A stretch of 43,347 bases of DNA. It comes from a virus. Positions 15,331 through 25,114 of the stretch are shown here, one piece after another. Under the pieces are notes generated by a model. That model was not told where the DNA came from and made no database searches. It saw only the letters and a list, made by a program, of their open reading frames with translations. The first letter of the stretch is position 1; each line of letters opens with the position of its first letter. The translations under genes were made by a program, and so were the position numbers. Location of the stretch: positions 1 through 43,347 of IMG/VR virus record IMGVR_UViG_3300022231_000013. One strand, written 5' to 3'.

Positions 15331-16691
15331 TACTTAATCCCGTATTTTTCGCGGAGTGCTTTCCTGCGAGACTCCGGATCACCGACGGAAACTTTGAAGT
15401 TGTCCTTGGTGAACAGCGGGTTCTCTTCGGCGTATTTGCGGACTTCGCTTTCGAACCCCGCCATCGACCGATTTTCGCGGAGATAATCTTCCGCCATCCG
15501 GGCGACTTGAATTTTACGCTTCTCGATACGCCGAAATGCCTCAAGAAGGGCCTTGTTACCCTGCGGAGAGTTATCGATACCGATCTGCGCTTCCTTGAGG
15601 AACTGCAGGTCTTTGTCAGACACGGAACCCGGCATGCCCATCCCACTATCGGGGTTGCGCATCATCAGAGCCATACGGTTCTGAACCGATTTGATGAGTT
15701 CGCCGCCTGCGATCTTCTCTGCGTCGGTATCGAGACCGATGTACTGTCCGAACTTGCGGAGAGCCAATTCGGCGTCACCGAGTTTGCCGGTGGTAACACC
15801 GGTTTCGATGCCTTGTTCGACCAAGTCGTACATGTCGAGCATCTGCGAAGCGTTGTAGGACGCGTCCCGCATCTTACGCACGCTTTCGGCGTCAAGCTTG
15901 CCAAGTTCCTGGTCTAGAGCTTTTTCGCCAGCAGGCATATTGATTTCGTTGCTGGTCGCGCCAGCTCGTTTCATGTCAACTTGATACTGCCGGAACGCCG
16001 GGTCCGCCTTGGACGCGTCGTATTCCTTCATGTCGTCGGTTCGGGCATCCTTCTGCGGACCGAAAGTGCCCCGGAGATTGCCGGAATTTTTGTCGATCAG
16101 CATCACCTGACCGTTGGCATCCTCGCGAAGTTCTACGTTGGGCTTCTCGGCTTCTTTGATGACATTTTCGAGTTCGCCGGTCTCCATAAGATACCGTGCC
16201 GCCTCCATCGAAAGGCCGTAGCGGTCGGCGATAGACGGAAGCGAAGCCAGAGCCGCTGCGCGCTGTTGCTGCGCGACTTGTGCCTTGTTGAACTCAAGGA
16301 TAGTCGAAGCGATCTGATCCATCCCCGCCGACGCGTTGGGGGCGTTTTCCCCGGTAAATGCCGACATGGTGGCTTCGCGGTTACCGTCGCGAGAAATTGC
16401 GGAACCGATAAGACCGAGGCCCCGATCGATATTTGCGGCCCTGTTGTTCATCTTCAACAGGTCTTTGTAAAGAGTGGCCAAATCGGACGGGGATTTATAC
16501 CCGTCCACATTGTCTTGCATGGCCTGTACGCCAGCGCCACTGGCACCGGGCTGGCCTGCAGTACCGGCAGCAGGGTCAGTGCCCGCCCCGCCCTGTACGC
16601 CGCCCGCAGGCTGGCCCTGCAGGCGCTGCAGTATGGCGGCACGCGGGTCACCCTGGCCGAACAGATCGAGAAGAGTAGCACCAGCAGACAT
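15330..16691 (-). CDS. internal virion / ejection protein (453 aa)
   Basis: ATG at 16691 preceded by TAAGGAGAACAAA. The longer track start at 16751 would overlap the upstream gene. Confidence 0.7.
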   Translation of the reverse strand: MSAGATLLDLFGQGDPRAAILQRLQGQPAGGVQGGAGTDPAAGTAGQPGASGAGVQAMQDNVDGYKSPSDLATLYKDLLKMNNRAANIDRGLGLIGSAISRDGNREATMSAFTGENAPNASAGMDQIASTILEFNKAQVAQQQRAAALASLPSIADRYGLSMEAARYLMETGELENVIKEAEKPNVELREDANGQVMLIDKNSGNLRGTFGPQKDARTDDMKEYDASKADPAFRQYQVDMKRAGATSNEINMPAGEKALDQELGKLDAESVRKMRDASYNASQMLDMYDLVEQGIETGVTTGKLGDAELALRKFGQYIGLDTDAEKIAGGELIKSVQNRMALMMRNPDSGMGMPGSVSDKDLQFLKEAQIGIDNSPQGNKALLEAFRRIEKRKIQVARMAEDYLRENRSMAGFESEVRKYAEENPLFTKDNFKVSVGDPESRRKALREKYGIK

Positions 16692-16701
16692 TTTGTTCTC
16701 C

Positions 16702-17571
16702 TTACACGCGACGACGGTTGGCCAGAAGCGCAGCCATAAGCTGTTGTGCACCAGCAGCCCTTTGCGCGTCAGCAGCTTCCACCGATCCGAGCGACGACGG
16801 ATCGATGTTCATTTCTTGGGACTTGTTAGCCCCGGTTCCCATTCCGAGGCCACCAGCGAAAAGACCCAACCCCGCAGCCATCGGGTTCGCCTTGGCGTCG
16901 GGGCCAAAACTTTTCTTGAGTTTGGCGGCAGTCTCTTCGCCGAATATCTTGTTGGCGAGCTTATCGCCGATAGAAAGTTCCTCAGAAGCACCGGGCTTCA
17001 TGTTCGGAATTTTCTTGGCGGTGGTCTCGGCAGCTTTGTTCAACATCGAACTTGTGTTACCGTCCTGCTTCGCGGCAATAACCTCGGCGACCGGGTCAAT
17101 TTGGCCGGACTTCACAGCCGCCATTATGTTTGATCCGCCTTCGGCAACGGGTAACCCGTATGCTTTGCGGAGCCACGCCGGGGCATTCGCGCCTTTGCCG
17201 CCTGCCCCCCACACGCCAGCATTGCCGCCACCAATATGCATGGTTCCTTCTTCCATGTAACCGGGACCAGCGCCGATGCCTGTAATGCCAGCTCCCTTGG
17301 CGCGGCGAACAATTTCCTCGAACACCGGAAGGTGTTCTTCGTTGGCCCAATTGAGACGTTCATCGCCTCGGTAGAATCGCATGTCACCTGCACCGCCGTG
17401 GACATGTCGACCGGATCGAGACAGTTTGCCCCGGCCCGGTTCAACACCGCCGCTGAACACTTCGGCGGTGACGCCTATGTCTTCGAGGAACTTCAATTTT
17501 TGGATAAGATCGTCACTCAAGGGCAGGTTCCGGCCAGCACCTTGGTTGGCGTATCGGATGTAGTTAGCCAT
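16702..17571 (-). CDS. virion protein with zinc peptidase-like (M15/hedgehog-type) N-domain (289 aa)
   Basis: Motif SRSGRHVHGGAGDMRFY (S-x-H-x-x-G-x-A-x-D type) plus downstream EEGTMHIGG. Gly-rich C-terminus. Lies among the ejection proteins. Confidence 0.5.
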   Translation of the reverse strand: MANYIRYANQGAGRNLPLSDDLIQKLKFLEDIGVTAEVFSGGVEPGRGKLSRSGRHVHGGAGDMRFYRGDERLNWANEEHLPVFEEIVRRAKGAGITGIGAGPGYMEEGTMHIGGGNAGVWGAGGKGANAPAWLRKAYGLPVAEGGSNIMAAVKSGQIDPVAEVIAAKQDGNTSSMLNKAAETTAKKIPNMKPGASEELSIGDKLANKIFGEETAAKLKKSFGPDAKANPMAAGLGLFAGGLGMGTGANKSQEMNIDPSSLGSVEAADAQRAAGAQQLMAALLANRRRV

Positions 17572-18778
17572 TTGCTGCCACCTTCGCCATGATCTGACCG
17601 TAGTTGATTACACGCTTGCCGTTGTCGACGCGATGAACGGCTTCCGGCATTTTCTTTTCGACGTCCGAAGCCATAACACCGACGACCTTCGGATAGGTTT
17701 TCGGGTCCTTCTTGTACCGCCATGCCCAAAGGTCCAGATCGGTGCCCGGAACTTTGCCGACTTTTTCCTTGTCCGTCTTTGCGTCGTCTTCGGAGAACCC
17801 GAGCAACATCGAAAACAGGCCCATGCCGAGCTGGCCAATGTCCATACCGCTGTTGCCGGACTGGCCGGTCTTTGTGGCGGTTTCGGTTTTGCCGTAGGGC
17901 GACATACCAAGCGCCGAAAGACGGAGGTTGAGATTGTCAATATCCCAATTCCGCTTTTCGTTGAACTTGTTGAACGCTGCGTCAAGGTCGCGCTGTTCAT
18001 GAGCCTCGGCTGCCCCGCCTGTCTGCAGCAGGGACATAATATCTTGCATGCGAGCTTGCTGACCCGCCTGCCCGGTTGCCAGAAGCCCAGACGCGTTACC
18101 CTGGAACCCCTGACCCGCGCCGAGCATACCCTGACCAGCGGAACCCATGACGTTCGATTTGGCAAGCATCGTGTCGAGTTCGTTTTGGCGATCGCCTTGG
18201 ATAAGGCCCATCGCATTATCGTAACCCTCTTTACGAAGGTTCGCCGAAAGAGAGCCAGCCTCCCGAGCAGCTTCCGAGTTGGTGATGGCATCAACTACGC
18301 CGTGTCGAGAACCACCGAACGCCTTTGCCGCCCCCGCCGCCGAAGCGTTGCTCATGATGGACATCTGACGGGAACGATCCAACGCGTCAAGAGCTTTGTC
18401 TTCGACGTTGTTAATGTACGGGTTCAGATAGTCGTCGACATTGTAGTCCGTGACGCTCTTGGCCTTGAAATTGTTGGCCAAGTCATTCATGCCCCGGAAC
18501 ATACCCTGGGCTTCGTCAAACGACGCTCCAGCCTGATCGAGTTCGATCCGTGCGCCGCTCAGGTACTTGTCCATGCTGCCAGTGCCCAACTTGGCAAGGC
18601 GGATGGCTTTCATGGTGTTCCGATCCATGTCGGCGACACGATCGCCGGTATAAGCTTCAAATTCCTGATTGCCCAGAAGCTTCGCGAAGTCGTAGTTCTC
18701 ACGAGCGGCCTTATCGACCCACTTCGGAAGTTTTACTTCGGTAACCTGAGTGGTTTTGGAAGGCGTCTTGGGTGCCAT
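17564..18778 (-). CDS. virion protein (404 aa) with S74-like (endosialidase-chaperone-type) C-terminal domain
   Basis: C-terminus WAWRYKKDPKTYPKVVGVMASDVEKKMPEAVHRVDNGKRVINYGQI matches the pattern of intramolecular-chaperone autoprocessing domains. Confidence 0.5.
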   Translation of the reverse strand: MAPKTPSKTTQVTEVKLPKWVDKAARENYDFAKLLGNQEFEAYTGDRVADMDRNTMKAIRLAKLGTGSMDKYLSGARIELDQAGASFDEAQGMFRGMNDLANNFKAKSVTDYNVDDYLNPYINNVEDKALDALDRSRQMSIMSNASAAGAAKAFGGSRHGVVDAITNSEAAREAGSLSANLRKEGYDNAMGLIQGDRQNELDTMLAKSNVMGSAGQGMLGAGQGFQGNASGLLATGQAGQQARMQDIMSLLQTGGAAEAHEQRDLDAAFNKFNEKRNWDIDNLNLRLSALGMSPYGKTETATKTGQSGNSGMDIGQLGMGLFSMLLGFSEDDAKTDKEKVGKVPGTDLDLWAWRYKKDPKTYPKVVGVMASDVEKKMPEAVHRVDNGKRVINYGQIMAKVAANG

Positions 18779-18779
18779 T

Positions 18780-19124
18780 TTAAATCCTCACGAAGTTGGC
18801 CGACACGGCCTTCCAGTTTTCGAACGAGTGTTTCAACCAGCCGAGACGCCCTGTCGCCGTTACCATATCAGCGCCAACTTCGTCGGCATACTTAAGAATA
18901 CTCGGCTCCAATTTTTTCAAAGCGTCGAGGTTGCCTACCACAACTACGATGGACAGCACGGTCTTCCGAGGAAACTCGTCGACTTGCGTGACAACCCAGG
19001 TTTCGCCGTCAGTGAAGCTCTGCATACGCCCGCTTTCGATGGCCGCGAGGATATCATCGAAAGTGTACAACCCACCATGCTTTTCGAGCATGTCTTCCAT
19101 TTCTTTTTTGAAATCACGTTGCAT
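18780..19124 (-). CDS. hypothetical virion-module protein (114 aa)
   Basis: ATG at 19124 (MQRDFKKEMEDML...); the stop abuts the next gene. Confidence 0.6.
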   Translation of the reverse strand: MQRDFKKEMEDMLEKHGGLYTFDDILAAIESGRMQSFTDGETWVVTQVDEFPRKTVLSIVVVVGNLDALKKLEPSILKYADEVGADMVTATGRLGWLKHSFENWKAVSANFVRI

Positions 19125-19359
19125 TGTACACCAAAGTGGCCGACAGAACACCGGCATTGCTTACCTTTACTTCATACACCGACCCGTTGGGGGACGTAAG
19201 AAGCACTGAACTCTGCGCTGTGCCGATCTGGTGACGGCGGTTGATTTCGCGGTCCATCCATTCGATCAGCGTGTTGAAGAAGCGGCGTCGACCATCTACG
19301 GTCTCGACGTCTTCGGGAATGCGAGGCGGTTGTTGCGCCTTGGGGGCGGGCTGTTTCAT
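19114..19359 (-). CDS. hypothetical protein (81 aa)
   Basis: The ATG at 19359 forms an ATGA overlap with the stop of the 505-aa gene. Confidence 0.55.
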   Translation of the reverse strand: MKQPAPKAQQPPRIPEDVETVDGRRRFFNTLIEWMDREINRRHQIGTAQSSVLLTSPNGSVYEVKVSNAGVLSATLVYNAT

Positions 19360-20873
19360 CGTTTGCCCCTCAATTTGATGTCGATCATGTGCCGACCGAC
19401 AGTCCATACCGAAGTAGCATCCCCGCTTTCAATGCGAAGCCGAAAATCACGCCCGCTTTGACGAACTTCCACAAAGCCGTTGGGCTTAGCTTTCTTTTTG
19501 GGCGTCTGATAAGGAACATCCCCGGTACGATTATCGGTAACAAGGAAGCTGAACTGCACATCAGCGTAGTCGCCTTGTACGTCCACAAGCATTTCCCGAA
19601 TAATGGAAATGTTGGCGCCATCGTCGCCGTTCAGAGTGTAAGTTTCGGCCCACGGCATTTCGTCAATACCGGGATAGCCGCTGGTGGCCGGAACACCGTG
19701 ACGATAAGCTTTGGTGCCGTCCGCCATTATGGGGAAGTTGTCATACGACGCCGAAGAACCAGCGGAGCGCGCCAGTTTGCCCATCGACCACCACTTGTCC
19801 CGATAGTTGTAAATAACGTATCGGTCATTGTAGCGGCCACCCATCGACGGGAAGAACCACCACACTTCCGACATCGGAGAAACATGGACGCAAGTGGCTT
19901 CGTACCGGGAATACTCCTCGTTGATGTGTTCTCTGATCCAGTTCCAAATCGGGCATTCGAGAGGAATAACCGAAGACCCGTCGAAAATCCAGAAGCCGCT
20001 TTCGGAGACCCAAATGGCTCCGATGACGGCATCGACGATGGACGACGGAGAAATCGGAACAGCCGCGCCACCCACTTCGTCGTAGTTGTACACATACGGG
20101 AGGCCAATCGACCGCGAAATGTACGTCTTCTTGGGTGTAAAGAAAAGCATACCCGATCGGGTCTGCACGCCGGTAAGCAGCGGAGCAGCGGGAGCAATTT
20201 CGTAGGAACCAGCCTGGCTCGTCACACTGTCAGCCCAACTTTCGTTGTTTTCCTGATCGCACCATCCCCACTTACGAGTGTTCCCACCATAACCGAAAAG
20301 CACCACGAAGCGTTCCGGAGTAACGATGAAGAACCGGTTACCGACAGGGGCATTCGGAACAGCGACGGCGGGGTTGCCTGGCGTCTGCGGGTCCCACTTG
20401 AGAAGCCGTCCATCCGGACTGGTCATAATGAGCAACTGTTCGCCCCACGTGTCGAGCGTAAAAGCGGGGGTAATGGGGCGCAGGATAATACGCGGTTCGC
20501 GGGGAGTACCGTAATCACCCTCGCCGTAATTGTCGAGACCGTAACCGGAAACGGCAACGCCGCCGCCTTCTTCGGAATACGGACCCACAATACCATCCAC
20601 AGGTGTTGCGTCGATGATAGTACCGCCGACGTCAATGTACAGATGCTCTTCGCAGAGGTAAGCGATGTACTTGATACCGATGTTATCGACCCATTGATGG
20701 ACGCGCTTGCAGCGAGACGCAAACTCGAAGTCAACTTCGGTCCAGCTGTCGAGCGGGGTAAGTGCATCCGACTTCCAACGCATAAGGTGAAGCTCTCTCC
20801 AGCGAGTGGAGTAGGTAGCTTCCGTCGGGCCGTAATAAGCCCCCGGAGGAAGTTCAAGCGGAACCATTGCCAT
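19356..20873 (-). CDS. tail hub / nozzle-like structural protein (505 aa)
   Basis: Large Trp/Gly/Tyr-rich protein downstream of the fibre genes. ATG at 20873 overlaps the upstream TGA by 1 nt; the track start at 20876 is a TTG codon. Confidence 0.65.
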   Translation of the reverse strand: MAMVPLELPPGAYYGPTEATYSTRWRELHLMRWKSDALTPLDSWTEVDFEFASRCKRVHQWVDNIGIKYIAYLCEEHLYIDVGGTIIDATPVDGIVGPYSEEGGGVAVSGYGLDNYGEGDYGTPREPRIILRPITPAFTLDTWGEQLLIMTSPDGRLLKWDPQTPGNPAVAVPNAPVGNRFFIVTPERFVVLFGYGGNTRKWGWCDQENNESWADSVTSQAGSYEIAPAAPLLTGVQTRSGMLFFTPKKTYISRSIGLPYVYNYDEVGGAAVPISPSSIVDAVIGAIWVSESGFWIFDGSSVIPLECPIWNWIREHINEEYSRYEATCVHVSPMSEVWWFFPSMGGRYNDRYVIYNYRDKWWSMGKLARSAGSSASYDNFPIMADGTKAYRHGVPATSGYPGIDEMPWAETYTLNGDDGANISIIREMLVDVQGDYADVQFSFLVTDNRTGDVPYQTPKKKAKPNGFVEVRQSGRDFRLRIESGDATSVWTVGRHMIDIKLRGKR

Positions 20874-21391
20874 CAAATAGTACCTGCGTTAAGCCAAAAC
20901 TGATTGCCCCATGCCGGGGTCTTACCAAGAGCGGCTACGAACATGCTGGAATACGGATGCTTTCGATCGAAAGTCTGAGCGCCGAGCAACGACATTTCGA
21001 GTTCGTAAGCGGTATCTTCGGGAAGGCTGTCAATCACGGCTCGGATCGCAGCGGGAAGGGTGGTTCGACGGATGGCGGCGAGAGCTTCCGGCTTCGAAAT
21101 GATCCCTTCTTTCTCCAACTGCATATAGAACTGGCGGGCATTGATGCTCGGCACGAATTCGTTTTCGGCGGTCGGAACATAGGGTTCGATGTCGCCGTCG
21201 AAGTTACCAGCAGCAATGGCGGCCAGTACGTCCGGGTTGATACCTTCGACGTCATCTTCGCGAGCGACAAAGGGGCACTCTTCCAACCACTCCGTTTCAC
21301 CTTCTACAAACTTCATGCGAACGAAACACCGAAAAGAACCATCCGCATTCAGCTCTACTTTCAGAACTCGGTCAAGAGTGATGATAGCCAT
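20873..21391 (-). CDS. hypothetical protein (172 aa), possible fibre chaperone by position
   Basis: ATGA-type overlap with the fibre gene upstream; no motif. Confidence 0.55.
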   Translation of the reverse strand: MAIITLDRVLKVELNADGSFRCFVRMKFVEGETEWLEECPFVAREDDVEGINPDVLAAIAAGNFDGDIEPYVPTAENEFVPSINARQFYMQLEKEGIISKPEALAAIRRTTLPAAIRAVIDSLPEDTAYELEMSLLGAQTFDRKHPYSSMFVAALGKTPAWGNQFWLNAGTI

Positions 21392-21951
21392 TACGAAATC
21401 CTCTGTGCGAGCTGGATAAGGTTATCAGGCGATTTACCGCGCGCCCGCCACGAACCGGTAAGCGATCCGCCCGATCCGCCGTTTACGATACCCGACACAC
21501 CGGACGTACCCAAAGTGGGGGTTATTACGCCGTTTCGAGCGACGGGGGTGTCCACTTGAACCATAACATAGCTTCCCACCGGGAAGCTAAGGTTGGTGTT
21601 CGACGACCCTTGATAGGCCATTACAGACCCGTAGTTGCTCGTCGTCAACACGTTACTGGGAAGGGAACCAGAACTGATGGACCCAGTCATGTTAGCGTAG
21701 CTTAGGTAATAAGACGCCGGTTGCCCATTCAAACGCGTGGAATTGGCAACAATGGCCGGGTTAGCAGTGATCGCTGCGTTGATTTTGGCGATAATGGCAA
21801 CACCGTCAAGCGCCGACACGTCGCCAGCAATTGCGGTGAGAGCCGCATCGACCTTGTCCCAATTGCCGTTGGTTTTAAGACCCCAAGTGTCACGGCTTTG
21901 GGTGTTTTCGGGCTTAATAAGCGCGTAGTTTGGAGTTACTGAGTCAGCCAT
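21391..21951 (-). CDS. tail fibre protein (186 aa)
   Basis: N-terminus MADSVTPNYALIKPENTQSRDTWGLKTNGNWDKVDAAL and LNGQPASYYL are typical fibre motifs. ATG at 21951 lies 1 nt after the upstream TAA. Confidence 0.7.
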   Translation of the reverse strand: MADSVTPNYALIKPENTQSRDTWGLKTNGNWDKVDAALTAIAGDVSALDGVAIIAKINAAITANPAIVANSTRLNGQPASYYLSYANMTGSISSGSLPSNVLTTSNYGSVMAYQGSSNTNLSFPVGSYVMVQVDTPVARNGVITPTLGTSGVSGIVNGGSGGSLTGSWRARGKSPDNLIQLAQRIS

Positions 21952-21952
21952 G

Positions 21953-22267
21953 TTATTCCCCGTAAACCGTAGTCCAGCCACCCTGCGGAATAGTACGCGG
22001 CGTCCAGAACATTGTGTCGTCGAACTCGACCAAGAAATCCGTGTCGACAGTAATAGTGGCTTTCAAACCAGCCAGAAGCTCAAGCCCGTCCGACGTAAAT
22101 GCCGGCTGAACGATTTCAATGGCGGTCAAGTAAACCGTGTGTACGACGTGCAACGAAGCCGAAAACGAAGGCGCGACAGCCAGACCGGCATTCAAATCCA
22201 CGAAGTTCGGCACAAACGCATCGAACACCAAAGGATCAAAATACTGGTAACTGAAAATCCTAGCCAT
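21953..22267 (-). CDS. hypothetical tail-module protein (104 aa)
   Basis: ORF track; 1-nt overlap with the upstream stop. Confidence 0.55.
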   Translation of the reverse strand: MARIFSYQYFDPLVFDAFVPNFVDLNAGLAVAPSFSASLHVVHTVYLTAIEIVQPAFTSDGLELLAGLKATITVDTDFLVEFDDTMFWTPRTIPQGGWTTVYGE

Positions 22268-23166
22268 TACGGACCACCCAAAAATACCATGGGGTAAGTC
22301 AGGCCAGCACCGGTAAGAGCGGTGACCGTCGAAAAATCAGGCAGGACACCAGCGGCATAATTCGACGTCCCGTAGAACGACAAATGTGCAGTGGTTGTGG
22401 TCGAAGACACGGTATAAGCCACAGCCGGACCGGTGGTTAGACCCGCAACCGTATGGGCGGTTTGCGGCAACACAGCTGCCCACACCAATCCGGGGTGAAC
22501 CATCTTTGTATTCACTGTGCTGGATTTTTTGGCTCCAGTGCCAGAACCAGAAATGGTGCCAATAAGGGTTCCAACGCCGGTCGGATAGCCGCTGATTGGG
22601 TCCGTGTCGTAAATACCCAGATTGGTGATACCGGAACCTGAGGAGGTTGTGACCATCGTAAGGAATTCGATGTTGTAATCGAAAGCCAAGAACAACGGCA
22701 CAAAGTATATGCGGTTGGCGACAAGGGCGAGGGTGGAAGGCGCATTAATCCCATTCGGACCGAAGTAAGCACCAGTAATGGGAGCGGGCTTCATACCGAA
22801 CGGCGACACGCCTTCGCGCACCGCATCGATCATGTCGGCGGCGAGGTATTTATTAACAGTCTTCGCTCTGATTTGGGCTTGCGTGGCTTTGTCGGCCACG
22901 TTCACCTTGGCATCGAAAGCAGTCTGTTGGGCATCGGATACAGGTTTGTTGGCGTCAGAAGTATTGTTGACGTTTTCGAGGCCGAGAAGGGTTTTCGCCG
23001 TTGTGGCGTTAAGCTCCATTACCTGGCCTTCGGTGGCGGCAGAACGACCAAGAAGAGCGGGACCGAGCATCGTCTGGTTATGAGTGTCATCCCACTCCGG
23101 CTGACTGATAGTTTCGCCGGGGTTAAGGGTGCTGGCTTTCTTTTTGTGTTCAATCTTGATCGTCAT
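22267..23166 (-). CDS. tail fibre protein (299 aa)
   Basis: ATG at 23166 (MTIKIEHKKK...) abuts the upstream stop. Motif LLGLENVNNTSDANKPVSDAQQTAFDAK is a widespread fibre signature. Confidence 0.75.
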   Translation of the reverse strand: MTIKIEHKKKASTLNPGETISQPEWDDTHNQTMLGPALLGRSAATEGQVMELNATTAKTLLGLENVNNTSDANKPVSDAQQTAFDAKVNVADKATQAQIRAKTVNKYLAADMIDAVREGVSPFGMKPAPITGAYFGPNGINAPSTLALVANRIYFVPLFLAFDYNIEFLTMVTTSSGSGITNLGIYDTDPISGYPTGVGTLIGTISGSGTGAKKSSTVNTKMVHPGLVWAAVLPQTAHTVAGLTTGPAVAYTVSSTTTTAHLSFYGTSNYAAGVLPDFSTVTALTGAGLTYPMVFLGGP

Positions 23167-23168
23167 GA

Positions 23169-23537
23169 TCAGTTCGCCATGATCTGGAGGGCACCAACCG
23201 GATAACGGGGAGCGTCGTCGATAGCAATATCCTTGACGACGGCCAGCGGAGCATACGCAATGAATTCGCCGCCCGAAATGGCATCCCAGATGCCAACGTG
23301 GGTAACTTCGCCCCAACCAGTCAGGGCAATCGGAAACTGAATAATCGCGTTGTTTGCCCGAACAGTCGGGTTGTTGCCGGTCGAATTGAAAGTAGCGACC
23401 TGCCGAGCATACCCTGTTCCGACGGTGCCCACTTCGCTGGCCCCTGTGTTACCTGGGTCAGCCGTGTGAAGCGAAACATACACGTCGGCCAGCAACGCAT
23501 CGAGGACAATACCTTCACCAATGCTCGAAAGGGGCAT
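23169..23537 (-). CDS. conserved virion protein (122 aa)
   Basis: RBS AAGGAG upstream. Pattern LDALLADVYVSLHTADPGNTGASEV..GYARQ recurs in podovirus tail modules. Confidence 0.65.
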   Translation of the reverse strand: MPLSSIGEGIVLDALLADVYVSLHTADPGNTGASEVGTVGTGYARQVATFNSTGNNPTVRANNAIIQFPIALTGWGEVTHVGIWDAISGGEFIAYAPLAVVKDIAIDDAPRYPVGALQIMAN

Positions 23538-23540
23538 GGA

Positions 23541-24137
23541 TTAACTCCTTTTCCGGCCGAAAGCCGTCTGCAGCTTCGAGCCATGAAACTTCGAAAGCTG
23601 GTGGCGGGTGTTCAATTTCATGATGGTTTCGTCAACGTAAGCCTTCGCATTCGCCGTGCGGACATCATCCATGTAAAACATTTCGGCGATAACGATGGCA
23701 GCGTTGGTGATAAGGAACGGATGACGAATCGTGAGCCACGTGTCGATGTCTTCCGTCTTGGGAACATCGGCGTAATAGGAAACTTCGACTTCCTTGCCGT
23801 TTACGCTATCGGGTTCGCCGCCAAACTGGATGAAATTGCCGGTAATCGAGCAATTGTTCATCGTTTTCGCGGGACCGAGGTTGGCCAAGCTTTCACGGTC
23901 GATAAGTGTGATGGCCTTACCCTGATAAAAACGAATAAAATCGATTTCCTGCCAGTCAGTTGGCAAGCGCACGATGGACTCCGAAATCGTGGCGCGCGAA
24001 ATCTTCACCATGTCGGCAATGCGGAGATCGTTGCTGAGCACTTCCTCAGCCTTACGAATAAACCGAGTACCGCGATCGACGTCAACTTCTTTGTTGAGCC
24101 AGTCGTAAAGATCGGCAACCAGTTCGTTGAGATTCAT
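23541..24137 (-). CDS. head-tail adaptor-like protein (198 aa)
   Basis: ATG at 24137 overlaps the upstream TAA; the track start at 24155 is a TTG codon. Sits between the head and fibre genes. Confidence 0.6.
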   Translation of the reverse strand: MNLNELVADLYDWLNKEVDVDRGTRFIRKAEEVLSNDLRIADMVKISRATISESIVRLPTDWQEIDFIRFYQGKAITLIDRESLANLGPAKTMNNCSITGNFIQFGGEPDSVNGKEVEVSYYADVPKTEDIDTWLTIRHPFLITNAAIVIAEMFYMDDVRTANAKAYVDETIMKLNTRHQLSKFHGSKLQTAFGRKRS

Positions 24138-24436
24138 TACACCCACCCTCGCCAAACTCGGAAGACCGCGTTATCCGGGTCATTGAGCCATCGATTCCAC
24201 CTTGCGTCGTCCCATTGTTCCAAGACGGACTGCTCGTACACGGTCATCGGAACGCCGCGCGCAAGCAACTTGTTGGTAGACCGTTGGGGGTGTAACTCCC
24301 GCATGATCTTATTCGTCTCGATCACGCCGTCCATCACGACTTCGGTTTTAACAACTACGTCGTGCGGTCTGTTCGTATCCGTGATTAGGGTCCGCTTGAC
24401 GCCGTCACTGTTTCTGTATACGAACTTACTTTCCAT
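24137..24436 (-). CDS. hypothetical protein (99 aa)
   Basis: ORF track; operon context. Confidence 0.55.
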   Translation of the reverse strand: MESKFVYRNSDGVKRTLITDTNRPHDVVVKTEVVMDGVIETNKIMRELHPQRSTNKLLARGVPMTVYEQSVLEQWDDARWNRWLNDPDNAVFRVWRGWV

Positions 24437-24464
24437 GAGAGTATACCACGCTAGCTGGCCTGTG

Positions 24465-24884
24465 TCAATTTTGCAGTGGAATGTTGGTACGTTCCAGCTG
24501 AGTTTTTCGGGTGGGAAAAGCGTCGTCCATCTTGCTGGACAACACTTCTACCTTGGTTCCGAGAGCATTGATGTCCTTTCGGATACCGTCCATGTTCTGC
24601 AGAACAATCTCCGAAAGGCGGTCAGTCCGCCTTCCGGCTTCTTCGAGCCCTTTTTCCAAGGCCCCCACACGGAATGGAAGGTCACCTAGCGTGTTTTGAA
24701 AACCTCGAAGCGACGTCTTGATCGCTTCGAACTCCCTGTCGGTGGATGCCGACCGAGTTACCCGGTAATCTTCCATCTTACCAATGCGGGAGTCAAGGTC
24801 CCCAACGTACGAGAAAATGCCCCAAGCAGCGCCCGCCACCGCAAGAATGGTAGGGACGTTCACTGTGGTCCAGTTTATCGTCAT
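24465..24884 (-). CDS. N-terminally anchored coiled-coil membrane protein (139 aa), i-spanin-like
   Basis: ATG at 24884 preceded by GGAGA. TM segment VPTILAVAGAAWGIFSYV followed by a helical domain. Directly downstream of the holin. Confidence 0.45.
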   Translation of the reverse strand: MTINWTTVNVPTILAVAGAAWGIFSYVGDLDSRIGKMEDYRVTRSASTDREFEAIKTSLRGFQNTLGDLPFRVGALEKGLEEAGRRTDRLSEIVLQNMDGIRKDINALGTKVEVLSSKMDDAFPTRKTQLERTNIPLQN

Positions 24885-24920
24885 CGGATCATTCTCCGTT
24901 CCCACATCGCCTCTCCGCTG

Positions 24921-25106
24921 CTAGGTTTTGTTCCTCGGCGCGAAGTAGACGACTGCGAAGCCGAGGGCGGCGTTGGCAACGCCGACCACAAGATATCCCC
25001 ACCACGGCATTTCGACGTTTTCGGGAACGACGATGAAGGATGTTGCAAGCCCGCCTGCTCCTGCGGCGACGGCTCCTGCGATGCCCTTCGAGATAGTCGA
25101 CAGCAT
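24921..25106 (-). CDS. holin (61 aa, two TM segments)
   Basis: MLSTISKGIAGAVAAGAGGLATSFIVV...WWGYLVVGVANAALGFAVVYF, with a charged C-terminus. Adjacent to the endolysin. Confidence 0.6.
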   Translation of the reverse strand: MLSTISKGIAGAVAAGAGGLATSFIVVPENVEMPWWGYLVVGVANAALGFAVVYFAPRNKT

Positions 25107-25114
25107 GGTTTACC

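Noticed and set aside
19389-20903. 504-aa plus-strand ORF
   Set aside because: It is an antisense shadow of the 505-aa tail gene. It is Arg/Gly/Val-rich and low-complexity. It has no promoter or RBS and would oppose the whole operon.
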